Source: Kofleriaceae bacterium
Lineage (GTDB): Bacteria > Myxococcota_A > Polyangia > Haliangiales > Haliangiaceae
Reading direction: 5' to 3'
NCBI GenBank assembly: GCA_965199985.1
Contig: CBDAUU010000120.1
Coordinates: 1,188 to 65,187, forward strand
DNA: 64,000 nt
Shown here piece by piece: positions 8,546 through 18,466 of the stretch. Below the pieces are notes generated by a model, which saw only the letters and a list, made by a program, of their open reading frames with translations, was not told the DNA's origin and did no database searches. The stretch's first letter is position 1, and each line of letters starts with the position of its first letter. The position numbers were made by a program, and so were the translations under genes.

Positions 8546-9514
8546 GATGCTTCGCCGAGCGAGAGCGACATCTGATGCGGTGGCCCGAGGAGGCGGGCGC
8601 GTTTTCCGAGCGCCGCAACGATCGCCTCCGCGCAGGCACCGGTGACGTAGATGTCCTTACTCTTGGTCTGCTCGATCCACGCGAGCAGCTGCGCGCGCCC
8701 TGCCGCGAATGGCCAGGCGAAGCCGGCCGCGAAGCCCGCGTGGCCATCGACCGCACGGCCCGAGACCAGCGCGCTGATCGCGTTCACGGGTGGCGTGAGC
8801 TTGTCGGTCGCGACGCGCACCAGCAGCCGCGGCTCCTTGCCGGACGTCTTGATCTCGGGAAGCGTCTCGAGATGTTCGAGGCGCTGCGCGGCATCGCGTA
8901 ATGCGCGCGAGCCGGCGAGTGGAACACCGAGCGCGGCGAGCCGCACCGCGACCTCGAGGCCATCGATCGCGCTATCGACGACCGCGATCGGGGTGCGCGC
9001 CAGACGCGAGCTGCTGCGTCGCCCAGTGCGCGACTGCACCCGCAACCTGCGCGGCAGGTGCGAACGTGTGGTGCAGCTCGCCGAACGGTGCGGCGACGAC
9101 AACCGCATCGCTCGCTCGCACCTCCGCGGCTTCGCGTTCGTCGACGGTGCGGATGGGTCCCGCGTACAGCACGGTGCGGCCGCGCGAATCCGCGTGTAGC
9201 GCGGCGGCACCGTAGCCGCGCCCCGATGGAATCAACTCGAGCCGCAGCGTGCCGAGCGTGAATGGCCGGCGCAACGGCACCGCGAGATGGCCTGCGCCGA
9301 GCCCACCGCCCGCCTTCGGCGCGAGGAGCGCGAGCGTGATGGGCGTGGCGATCAGCTGGCCGTGCTCGGCGACGGGAATCCGGTCGGCGGACGAGACGAA
9401 GCACACGTTCTGGCGCCGGCGCGCATCGCACCAGATCGGGGTTCCGGTGAGATGCACGCCATCACGCCAGGTAACCGGCGCTTGCGGGCGCGCGGGCGGG
9501 GTGCGGGGTGCCAC
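8542..9514 (-). pseudogene. MBL-fold/beta-CASP-like hydrolase homologue with a broken reading frame and degenerate metal-binding motif
   Basis: Two overlapping ORFs in different frames (8972..9664 and 8542..9210). The plausible protein switches frame near 8975-9010 ('...AHWATQQLASG' then 'TPIAVVDSAIDGLEVA...'). The position of HxHxDH reads 'FVSSADRI'. The 3' end overlaps the PBP start (ATGA). Confidence 0.4.
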
Positions 9515-9618
9515 GGGTTCACCCTGACATATTCGCCACTTACGAGCAAAAATGTAGAACCAGGTTTCCGATCGCCTGGGGCCATCGACCGGAGCGCCGC
9601 GTGGCCGATTCACCTCCC

Positions 9619-10692
9619 GTGAGTCTGATTGCAGGTCTACGCGAGCGGCGTGAACGGGGTGCACTCGCGGTCGAGCTCGAGGGCTCCCGCTCTCGCGTGC
9701 AGGTCCTCGAAGAGACCGCGCTCGCGATGGTCGATTGCGTCTCCGCGCTGGTCCTCGACCTCGAAGAGATCGGTGGGCCCGAGCTCCGGCAGACGCTAAC
9801 GACCCTCAAGACCCGGCTCGCCGGTGGCGACGACGCCGAGCGCGTGGCCGAGCACGTCGCGACCGCCAAGCACCGCACGCTCGAGTTCGCCGAGGCGGAG
9901 CGCGAGCACCTCGCCGACAAAGACTTCGAGCTTCGCCGCATCATCCGCGTGCTCACCGAAGGCCTGACCGGCATCACGCACGGTGCCGCCGCCTACCACC
10001 GCCAGATCCTCGAGACCGGCTCCCGCTTCGAAGCCGCCTCGCGCCTCGCCGATCTCCAGCGCGTCCGCGCCGCGATCACGACCGAGGTCTCGTCGCTCCG
10101 CACCGCGGTCGCCCAGCGCCAGGCCGCCGATACCGAGGTCACCGCCGCCCTCCGCGCCGAGATCGAGACGCTCCGCACCAAGGTCGAAACCGCGACCAGC
10201 GCCGCGCGCACCGACGCCCTCACCGGCGCGGCAAACCGCGGCGCCTTCGACGACGAGCTCCTCCGTCGCTGCACGCTCGCGGCGAGCAACGGCGCCGAAT
10301 TCTCCCTCGTCCTCGCCGACATCGATCACTTCAAATCGATCAACGACACCTACGGTCACCCCGTCGGTGATCGCGTCCTCCAATCGCTCGTCACCTTCCT
10401 GCGCGACCGCGTTCGCCGTGACGACCTCATCGCGCGCTGGGGCGGCGAAGAGTTCGCTGTCCTCCTGCCCAAGGCCTCCGCCCGCGCGGCCTACTCCAAG
10501 GCCAAGGCGCTCGTGGACGACCTCGCCGAAACCGACTGGACGATCGACGCCGCGAAGAAGCTGCGCTTCACCATGAGCGTCGGTGTCGTCGGCTGGACCA
10601 AGGACGATGATCCCGCTGCCATGGTCGAGCGCGTCGATAAAGCCCTCTACGCCGCAAAGCACGGTGGTCGAAACCGCGCCGTCAAAGGCTAG
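9619..10692 (+). CDS. Diguanylate cyclase (GGDEF domain) with N-terminal coiled-coil/sensor region
   Basis: 'DALTGAANRGAFDDEL', 'ADIDHFKSINDTYGHPVGDRVL' and 'ARWGGEEFAVLLP' (GGEEF active site). The start is uncertain: the ORF opens at 9508, and GTG 9619 lies after an AT-rich stretch at 9530-9575. Confidence 0.8.
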   Translation: MSLIAGLRERRERGALAVELEGSRSRVQVLEETALAMVDCVSALVLDLEEIGGPELRQTLTTLKTRLAGGDDAERVAEHVATAKHRTLEFAEAEREHLADKDFELRRIIRVLTEGLTGITHGAAAYHRQILETGSRFEAASRLADLQRVRAAITTEVSSLRTAVAQRQAADTEVTAALRAEIETLRTKVETATSAARTDALTGAANRGAFDDELLRRCTLAASNGAEFSLVLADIDHFKSINDTYGHPVGDRVLQSLVTFLRDRVRRDDLIARWGGEEFAVLLPKASARAAYSKAKALVDDLAETDWTIDAAKKLRFTMSVGVVGWTKDDDPAAMVERVDKALYAAKHGGRNRAVKG

Positions 10693-10760
10693 GACCGTAA
10701 CGCTTGCCGAGCAATTCGGCTTCAAGCGGGCGAAATCACGTGGCGCGCGAGCACTCACGT

Positions 10761-11045
10761 GGGGACGGTAACCCAGTAGTCACTTTACGATCGCTATCTC
10801 GTTGAGATCGCACGCGTGGAGAGGGACGGTTACTCATCTGCTGGACGGCACCCGCTCTCGTGTGAGTCTCGAACGCCAGCGACGCAGGTCGAGATGGCGA
10901 GCTGCCACAAGCGTGCTTTGACGCCAGCCGATACCTAAGGTGCAGATGGACGAGTCACGACTGGATGGATGAGTAACCGTCCCTCGCCGCGCACGCGATT
11001 TCGCGAGGTTGGCGATCGTAAAGTGACGACTGGGTTACCGTCCCC
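10761..11045. mobile_element. MITE-like inverted-repeat element (family 2) built from ~78-bp modules
   Basis: Forward module 10761-10838 (GGGGACGGTAACCCAGTAGTCACTTTACGATCGC...AGGGACGGTTACTCATC). Reverse-complement module at 10968-11045, and a further reverse copy at 11123-11201. No ORF with coding character. Confidence 0.45.
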
Positions 11046-11222
11046 TATTCGACGCCCTATTCGACGCTCTCGCTGAGGCTTGGAAGGCGAACTGTCAGGA
11101 GAGCGACTGTCCCCATCTGGATGAACGAGTAACCGTCCCTCGGCGCCCACGCGATTTCGCGAGGTTGGCGATCGTAAAGTGACGACTGGGTTACCGTCCC
11201 CTATTCGACGCCCTATTCGACG
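10961..11222. repeat. Tandem duplication, period 156 bp, of one family-2 module plus the 3' end of the PilZ gene
   Basis: 10961-11066 and 11117-11222 align with only a few mismatches. Each unit ends in CTATTCGACGCCCTATTCGACG, itself a 12-bp tandem repeat containing the PilZ stop codon. Confidence 0.8.
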
Positions 11223-11851
11223 ACCGCATCGCTGAGCGCACCTTGATCGAGCGCACTCTCGAGCTCTTTGATCACGGCGAGGAGGGCTGCGCGCTGGGTG
11301 TCGTCGAGGGCGAAGACGATGCCCATGCCGGGGGCTTCGTCGTCGATCGCGAGGATGGTGTGCGAGACCTTGCCGACGAGCGAGAGGGGATTGGGTTTGC
11401 CCGGCACGGCGACGAGCATGTGGATCTGCGAGGTCTCGGGCAGGGGCTTGTCGGTGAAGAGGAAGAGGCCCTCTTCGTTGATGTCTTTGGTGAAGGTGTT
11501 CGCGGGGCCTTCGACGGCACCGTAGGTGACCGAGAGGCGAATGGGGAGCCGCCGCTTCTCGCGGAGGTTGAGGAGGCCGCCGCGGACGAAGCCGTTCAGG
11601 TAGTTGATCTTTTCGCGCTCGGTCGCGCCGAGAGCGACGGTGACACCCGGCGGATCGTCGCGCGTTCCGACGACGGTGCCGCGGAGGGTGACGAGCCAGC
11701 CACCGACGTCGAGGTCGATGCGGAGGGTGGAGCCGTTCTCGATCGATTCGTCCGGCGGGGTTGGAACGAAGACCGTCCAGTCCCGCGGATCGAAGATCTT
11801 GATCCACTCTGAATGGCTGCCAAGCCGCAGCTCGAGCCGAACAGCTCCCAC
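11213..11851 (-). CDS. PilZ domain protein (putative c-di-GMP receptor)
   Basis: 'REKRRLPIR' (RxxxR-like) followed by 'DINEEGLFLFT' (D/NxSxxG-like). 212 aa. Co-directional with the upstream PDZ protein. Confidence 0.7.
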   Translation of the reverse strand: MGAVRLELRLGSHSEWIKIFDPRDWTVFVPTPPDESIENGSTLRIDLDVGGWLVTLRGTVVGTRDDPPGVTVALGATEREKINYLNGFVRGGLLNLREKRRLPIRLSVTYGAVEGPANTFTKDINEEGLFLFTDKPLPETSQIHMLVAVPGKPNPLSLVGKVSHTILAIDDEAPGMGIVFALDDTQRAALLAVIKELESALDQGALSDAVVE

Positions 11852-11868
11852 GGAGCCATCCTAACGCA

Positions 11869-12936
11869 TTACTGGAACGCGAGGCGGAGCGTGATCGGCT
11901 TGCCAGCGCGCTGGAGCTGGATCGTCGCGGCTTTCATCGAGCCAGCGCGGGCGTAGAGGTTGGCGGCATCGTCGAGGGAGCGGAGCGGGCGGTTGTTGAT
12001 CGCGGTGATGACGTCGCCGTTGCGGAGGCCAGCTTTGCCGAGGATGGAATCGGGCGAGACGGCGTCGAGCCGGGCACCGGCGGGCGTGAACGAGCCGCGG
12101 ATCGAGCCGGCGAGGGCGCCGAAGTTGGCGAGGGCAGCGTTGACGTCGGCGCGCGCGATCACGGTCGGTGCGTCGGCGGCGGGGACCGCTTCGGTGGTGG
12201 TGATGCCGGTCTCGCGCATGGCTTCGAGGGCGGTGCGCTCGGGTTTTACCGTCGGCGCGGGCGCGCTGATGACCGCGGGTTCGTTCCCCCACGCGGCGGA
12301 CGACGAGGTGTCTTCGGGCGCGGGGGCGGGCACGGCAGCCGGGCTCGAACCAGGTGCGTGGGCGGTGCGGACGCCACCGTCGCCGGCCGCGATCGGCGTG
12401 GCCATCAACCCGGTCGGCAAGGAGCCGCTCGGAATCGCCGCCGGTGCTTCGACCGTCCGGACCGAGTCGGAAGGGATCGGCAGGGACCCGCTCGCAACCG
12501 CCGCCGCGGGCGCCTCGACCGTCCGGACCGCATCGGCGTACGGATCCACCGGCGCGGCGGCCGCATACGGATCTTCGGGAAGCGGCGCTGTCCTGGGCGT
12601 TGCGGACGCGGGGTGCCGGCGCCACGACGGATCCGGCCCGGCGAGCACGACCTGCGCGCCCCCTTCGACCGGGGTCAGCGTGACCGAGTCCTCGTCGATA
12701 TCATCGACGGTGTAGCCATCGATCTGCTTGCCGATCTCGACGAGCACGTGGGTGTTCTTGAGCTTGTTGAAGAGCAGCGCCTGGTTGGTCTCGGCGAGCA
12801 CCCGGACCACGCGAAGCGGCATCTTCTTGGCCACGGCAACGACTGGCGGCTGGGGAGCCGGCGCCTCGTCGGCGAAAGCGGCAGACGACAGCAAACCAGC
12901 GAACAACACCGAGGCAGCCTTCAACGCGAAACGCAT
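11869..12936 (-). CDS. Secreted GspC-like protein with C-terminal PDZ domain
   Basis: Signal peptide 'MRFALKAASVLFAGLLSSAAFA'. N-terminal 'VEIGKQIDGYTVDDIDEDSVTL' (GspC-like). C-terminal 'ILGKAGLRNGDVITAINNRPLRSLDDAANLY' (PDZ). Confidence 0.6.
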   Translation of the reverse strand: MRFALKAASVLFAGLLSSAAFADEAPAPQPPVVAVAKKMPLRVVRVLAETNQALLFNKLKNTHVLVEIGKQIDGYTVDDIDEDSVTLTPVEGGAQVVLAGPDPSWRRHPASATPRTAPLPEDPYAAAAPVDPYADAVRTVEAPAAAVASGSLPIPSDSVRTVEAPAAIPSGSLPTGLMATPIAAGDGGVRTAHAPGSSPAAVPAPAPEDTSSSAAWGNEPAVISAPAPTVKPERTALEAMRETGITTTEAVPAADAPTVIARADVNAALANFGALAGSIRGSFTPAGARLDAVSPDSILGKAGLRNGDVITAINNRPLRSLDDAANLYARAGSMKAATIQLQRAGKPITLRLAFQ

Positions 12937-13028
12937 GGTCTCGCGTATTGCAACCGCCGATCCGAGGGCGACCGCCTGGAAACCGGACGTAACGTCCCGG
13001 AACTGCTAGCCCATTATTTCAGGCAGTG

Positions 13029-13047
13029 GCCGCTGATTCACAGCGGC
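13029..13047 (-). terminator. Hairpin GCCGCTG-ATTCA-CAGCGGC downstream of pspA
   Basis: Perfect 7-bp stem and 5-nt loop, 17 nt after the pspA stop. No U-tract, so an intrinsic-terminator role is uncertain. Confidence 0.3.
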
Positions 13048-13063
13048 ATGTCACGTCTGACGA

Positions 13064-13945
13064 CTACGCAGGCTTCTTATCGGACTTGTCGAGATCGGAA
13101 AGGTCGAGATCTTCGAGCTCCTTCAGATCCTCGGCGGTCAGCGACGGCCCGGTCGGGCCCGATTTATCTTCGGCCTTCTGATCGACCTTTGCCGGTGCAC
13201 CCGCAGCGGCAACGCCGCCGGAGTTGAGCTGCTTGGCCGAATCGCCTGCCGGCGCGGAGAGCAGGCCCATCTTGGACTTCAGCTCGGCGAGCGCATCGTC
13301 GTCGGAGCCGCCGGGGCCCGCTTCGAGCGCCATGAACTTCGATTCGAGCGTATCGCCCGAGAGCTCGCCGGCGAGCTCGGCGCCCGCCTCGGCCTCGGCC
13401 TCCATCAGCTGGATGCGCTCGGCCATGCGGTCGAACGTATCGAACGCGCTGGTATCGCCGAGGCCCTGCATGGTGTTGGCGATCTGCTGCTGCGCCTCCG
13501 CGCGCTTTTTGCGCGCGATGAGGATGTTCTTCTTACGCTTCGCTTCCTCGATCTTGTTGTTGAGGAGGCGAAGGGCATCCTTGAGCTTCTCGACGGCCTG
13601 CTTCTGCGAGACCCACTGTTGTTGGAACTGGGTGGCGATCGTCTCGTGCTCCTGCTTGCGCGCGAGCGCTTGCCGAGCGAGGTTGTCGTCACCTGCGCGC
13701 ACGGCGACCATGGCCTTGCGCTCCCATTCCTTCGACTTGTCGGTCTCTGCCGTGTACTGCTTCTGGAGCTTCTTCTCGTCAGCGATCGCGATGGCGACAG
13801 CCTTCTTAGCCTCGACCAGCTGCTGCTGCATCTCGAGCAGCACCTGCCCCAACATCTTCTCCGGATCCTCGGCTTTCGTGATGAGGTCGTTGAGGTTCGA
13901 CTTGATCAGCGTGCCCAGTCTGGAAAAGATGCCCATGGCTTTCAT
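13064..13945 (-). CDS. pspA: Phage shock protein A / IM30 family
   Basis: 'MGIFSRLGTLIKSNLNDLITKAEDPEKMLGQVLLEMQQQLVEAKKAVA', followed by long coiled-coil heptads. Confidence 0.85.
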   Translation of the reverse strand: MKAMGIFSRLGTLIKSNLNDLITKAEDPEKMLGQVLLEMQQQLVEAKKAVAIAIADEKKLQKQYTAETDKSKEWERKAMVAVRAGDDNLARQALARKQEHETIATQFQQQWVSQKQAVEKLKDALRLLNNKIEEAKRKKNILIARKKRAEAQQQIANTMQGLGDTSAFDTFDRMAERIQLMEAEAEAGAELAGELSGDTLESKFMALEAGPGGSDDDALAELKSKMGLLSAPAGDSAKQLNSGGVAAAGAPAKVDQKAEDKSGPTGPSLTAEDLKELEDLDLSDLDKSDKKPA

Positions 13946-13978
13946 CGAGCCTACGAGATCAATGGAGTACCCGCAACG

Positions 13979-14725
13979 ATGACCGCGACCGACTTGCCCG
14001 ACCTACCACGCCATGTCGGAATCATCATGGATGGCAACGGTCGCTGGGCGCAGCTGCGCGACCAGCCTCGACTTTCCGGGCATAAGGCGGGCGCCGAAAG
14101 CGTTCGCGATATCACGCGCGCCGCACGCGAGCTCGGGCTCGAAGCGCTGACGCTCTACGCGTTCTCCTCGCAGAACTGGGCGCGGCCGGTCGACGAGGTC
14201 ACGGGCCTGATGGAGCTGCTCCGCGATTTCTTGATCGACGAGCGGTCCGAGATCCTCGGCAACGGGATCCGCCTCGAGGCGCTCGGCGATATCGAGCGGC
14301 TGCCCGGCCTGGTCCGCGAGCCCCTCGAGGAGCTGCGCGCGGCCTCGGCGGGAAACTCCAAGATGGTGCTCACGCTCGCTCTGTCCTACGGCGGGCGCGA
14401 ATCGATCACGCGGGCCGCACGAGCCGCCGCCCGCGAGATCGTCGCAGGCACCCTGCGCGCCGAGGACCTCGACGCCGACAAGCTCGGGACCTACCTGCCC
14501 ACTGCAAACCTGCCGGCCCTGGATCTCCTGATCCGGACCTCGGGCGAGCAGCGGATCTCGAACTTCATGCTCTGGGAAGTGGCCTACGCCGAGCTGATGT
14601 TCGTCGACGTCCTGTGGCCGGAGTTCCGCCGAGCACACCTCTACGAATGCCTCAAGGCATACGGGACGCGGGAGCGCCGGTTCGGCCTGACGTCCGCACA
14701 GCTTGCCGATTCCTCGGACGTGTAG
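13979..14725 (+). CDS. uppS: Undecaprenyl-diphosphate synthase (cis-prenyltransferase)
   Basis: 'PRHVGIIMDGNGRWA', 'LTLYAFSSQNWARP', 'IRTSGEQRISNFMLWEVAYAEL' and 'RRFG'. ATG at 13979 lies inside the longer listed ORF. Confidence 0.9.
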   Translation: MTATDLPDLPRHVGIIMDGNGRWAQLRDQPRLSGHKAGAESVRDITRAARELGLEALTLYAFSSQNWARPVDEVTGLMELLRDFLIDERSEILGNGIRLEALGDIERLPGLVREPLEELRAASAGNSKMVLTLALSYGGRESITRAARAAAREIVAGTLRAEDLDADKLGTYLPTANLPALDLLIRTSGEQRISNFMLWEVAYAELMFVDVLWPEFRRAHLYECLKAYGTRERRFGLTSAQLADSSDV

Positions 14726-14740
14726 TTAGCTGGCCGCCTC

Positions 14741-15619
<879 letters not shown>

Positions 15620-15639
15620 AGTCCCGTACACTGGAAGCC

Positions 15640-16449
15640 GTGCGGTTGTTCGCGGTCGTCCTGCTGCTCGCTGGTTGCGGCCGGTTCAGCTTCGACAACC
15701 TCGCGAACACGGGCGGCGATGGCGGTGCGCAGAACCTCGGCGATGGCACCGATGCGACCACGAAGTCGTGCGGCGGTCACGACGAGGATGGCGATGGCAT
15801 CGGCGATGTCTGCGACGATTGCCCGACCGATGCCGATCCGGCACAGGCCGATGGCGATGGCGATGGCGTCGGCGACGCGTGCGATCCGAACCCCGGTACC
15901 GCCGGCGACAAGCTCGTCCGGTTCGAACCGCACGATGGCCAGGCCGGCTACGACCAGTTCGTCTCGCAGTGGCAGCTCACCTACGAGACGCTCGTGCTCG
16001 GCAGCTTGACCGATGTCGGCCAGGCCCACTTCACGATGCCCGTCGATGCCACGCAGATCGAGATCCGGTTCACGGTGATGGATGCGAGCTCGGACGCGCA
16101 CTACGCCGGCGTCTGGTACAGCCAGGTCTGCCGCCACAACGAGTGCGGTCAGATCGTGTTCGCGAACGTCTACCAGGATCCGGCCGGCGACGCGCGCGCG
16201 CAGCTCAAGGAGCAATCCACCGGCGCCATCTCGGTGTTCGACTACGCCACCCAGGCCATCATCGGCAAGACCTATCGCTACGTGGTCTCGATCGATCCGA
16301 CCCCGGCCGAAAACGACAAGCTCACGATCACGGGCGACGTGACCGGCGAGACCACCCTCGCGATCCCGACCGAGCGCGGAGCGTACGGGTTCCTCGAGGC
16401 GCGGAACATGATCGTCGCGTTCGATTCCCTCGCGATCTGGGGGCACTGA
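15640..16449 (+). CDS. Lipoprotein with thrombospondin type-3-like Ca-binding repeats
   Basis: Lipobox 'LLLAGCG'. Repeats 'DEDGDGIGDVCDDCP' and 'DGDGDGVGDACDPNP'. Confidence 0.65.
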   Translation: MRLFAVVLLLAGCGRFSFDNLANTGGDGGAQNLGDGTDATTKSCGGHDEDGDGIGDVCDDCPTDADPAQADGDGDGVGDACDPNPGTAGDKLVRFEPHDGQAGYDQFVSQWQLTYETLVLGSLTDVGQAHFTMPVDATQIEIRFTVMDASSDAHYAGVWYSQVCRHNECGQIVFANVYQDPAGDARAQLKEQSTGAISVFDYATQAIIGKTYRYVVSIDPTPAENDKLTITGDVTGETTLAIPTERGAYGFLEARNMIVAFDSLAIWGH

Positions 16450-16465
16450 CAGGCATCATCTCGCG

Positions 16466-18463
16466 ATGAAGCGGCTCGTTGCAGCGGTGGTCGTGGTGGC
16501 AGTCCTCGTCACGATCGGGTGGCTCGCCCTCGGTCGCCACCGCGCACCTCCTCTCGCGCGCGACGGTGCACCGCTCGCGACGAAGCTCGTCCAGCCCCAG
16601 ATCGTGCGCGTCGATGCGCCGTTGCCGGCCCACGTTCGCGAGCAGACCGATGTCGTTATCGACGGCACCGTGCAGGACATCACCGGCGGACCGATCGCCG
16701 GCGCGAACGTGCAGGTCGGTGCGCAGCGCGCGGTCACCGACAAGACCGGCGCGTTCTCGCTGTGGATGAAGGCGGGCGAGCACATCCCGGTGGTTGCCGT
16801 CGCGGATGGCTACGCGACTGCGCGGCTCGAGGTCACGGTGCCGAACACGCTGCGGATCCTGCTCACGCCGGAAGGCACGATCGATGGCACCGTCACCGAC
16901 GAGCAGGGGCCGGTCGCGGGCGCGCTCGTCGAGGCCGATGACACCGGTCGGGTGGAGGCCGCGATCAGCGGTGCGGACGGCGCGTTTCATCTCGCGAACC
17001 TCGAGCCCGGCCGCTTCGTCGTCACCGCGCGGACGCCGCACGGCTTCGGCATGGCGCCGGGCACGATCGCGATCGCGCTCGCCCAGCGGGTCGAGAAGGT
17101 CGCGATCCAGCTCCACGCGGCGGTGCGGATCACCGGGCGCATCGCGGGCTGCAAGGAGCCCACCGCGGTCCTCCACGCGCTCGGTGCGCGCTGGGGCGAG
17201 GATGATTTCGCGATCGATCCCGATGGCCTCCTCCATCGCGATGGGGTCCGCGATGGCCGCTACGTCGTGCGCGCCGAATGCCCGCACCTGAAGCTGCAGA
17301 CGTTTCCGATCACGGTCGCCGGCAAGGACCTCGGCCCGTTCACCTGGACGCTGCAGCCCGATGACGAACCGGTCGAGCTCGACGACGATTCCGCCACCGT
17401 GCACGGCACCGTCACCGATGCGAGCGGCAAGGGCATCTCGCTGTTCGTCTCCGCGAGTGGAGCGAACAACTCCGCGAGCGCGACCTCGACGGGGGCTGGG
17501 ACCTACGCGATGAAGGTGAAGCCCGGCGCGTACGAGATCTCGATCGGCCACGACGGCTTTCATCCGCTCGCCGCGAAGAAGGTCACGCTCGCGCCGCACC
17601 AGGATCTCGAGCTCAGCTTCACGGCGCCGGCAAGCGACGGAGTGATCAAGGGCGACGTCACGGATGCGCACGGCGCGCCGGTTGCGGACGCGTTCGTCGA
17701 GGCCTGGCTGCCGACCGGGTTCGACGCGTTTCGATTCGCATACGAGCAGCATCCGGTCGTCACCGACAAGGACGGCGCGTTCACGCTCGAGCACCTCGCG
17801 CCGGGCACCTACAACGTCGAGGCGGATCGCCGGGGCGGCGGGACCGCGCGCAGCGATGGCGTCGCGCTCGGCGCCACGGTGCACCTCGTGATCCCGACGC
17901 TCGGATCGATCGCGGGCAAGGTCAGCTTCCCCGATGGCCACGCTCCCGCGTGGTTCTCGATCACCGTGCGCGACGCGCCGCGCACCCTCTACCGGCGCGA
18001 GGAGCTCGAGCGCACGAACGGCGCGTTCGCGATCCACGATCTGCCGGCGGGCACGTACACGCTCGCGATCGTCGCGGCGGATGGGTTCGGCACGCAGGTC
18101 GAGACGCTCGCGGCCGGCGAGGCCAGGGCGAACGTCGCGATTCCGCTCGCCTCGAACGTCGGCGTGCACGGCCGGCTCGTCGATGAGACCGGTGCCCCGA
18201 TCGCGGGCTGGATGCTCGTGGCGCAGACCAAGCGCGCGATGCTCGGCGCGACGCTCGACTGGAACGACACGTCCCGCATCACCGACGCCAATGGCGCGTT
18301 CTCGATCGACAGCCCGGTCGGGCCGATCGATCTGCTGATCCAGGCCCCGGGTATGTTCGACCCGGAGCATCGCCCGTGCTCGGCGAAGCTCCCGCTCGAC
18401 GTGAGCGCGACGACCGACCTCGGCACGCTCACGATCGCGAAGCCGTGCTCGGTGCGGCGCTAG
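16466..18463 (+). CDS. Membrane-anchored protein with multiple carboxypeptidase-regulatory-like (Ig-like) repeats
   Basis: N-terminal TM, then repeated '(G)xVxDxxGxPVAGAxVxA...TDxxGxFxLxxLxPGxY' units. Confidence 0.65.
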   Translation: MKRLVAAVVVVAVLVTIGWLALGRHRAPPLARDGAPLATKLVQPQIVRVDAPLPAHVREQTDVVIDGTVQDITGGPIAGANVQVGAQRAVTDKTGAFSLWMKAGEHIPVVAVADGYATARLEVTVPNTLRILLTPEGTIDGTVTDEQGPVAGALVEADDTGRVEAAISGADGAFHLANLEPGRFVVTARTPHGFGMAPGTIAIALAQRVEKVAIQLHAAVRITGRIAGCKEPTAVLHALGARWGEDDFAIDPDGLLHRDGVRDGRYVVRAECPHLKLQTFPITVAGKDLGPFTWTLQPDDEPVELDDDSATVHGTVTDASGKGISLFVSASGANNSASATSTGAGTYAMKVKPGAYEISIGHDGFHPLAAKKVTLAPHQDLELSFTAPASDGVIKGDVTDAHGAPVADAFVEAWLPTGFDAFRFAYEQHPVVTDKDGAFTLEHLAPGTYNVEADRRGGGTARSDGVALGATVHLVIPTLGSIAGKVSFPDGHAPAWFSITVRDAPRTLYRREELERTNGAFAIHDLPAGTYTLAIVAADGFGTQVETLAAGEARANVAIPLASNVGVHGRLVDETGAPIAGWMLVAQTKRAMLGATLDWNDTSRITDANGAFSIDSPVGPIDLLIQAPGMFDPEHRPCSAKLPLDVSATTDLGTLTIAKPCSVRR

Positions 18464-18466
18464 ACC
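18457..18466. repeat. Left target-site duplication of the IS (GCGCTAGACC)
   Basis: Identical 10-mer at 19918-19927, immediately outside the IS inverted repeats. Confidence 0.8.

Noticed and set aside
10935-11807. 290-aa ORF on the minus strand spanning the family-2 repeats and overlapping the PilZ gene in another frame.
   Set aside because: Its product is Arg/Pro-rich and contains internally repeated peptide segments that only reflect the DNA tandem duplication. The PilZ frame has real domain motifs.
12948-12964. Sigma-54-like promoter on the minus strand upstream of the GspC-like gene (CGGATCGGCGGTTGCAA has the GG-N10-GC spacing and TTGCA).
   Set aside because: The -24 box matches poorly (CGGATC versus TGGCAC). 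The element ends only about 13 nt from the ATG, leaving no room for a normal leader or RBS. That is too weak to call.
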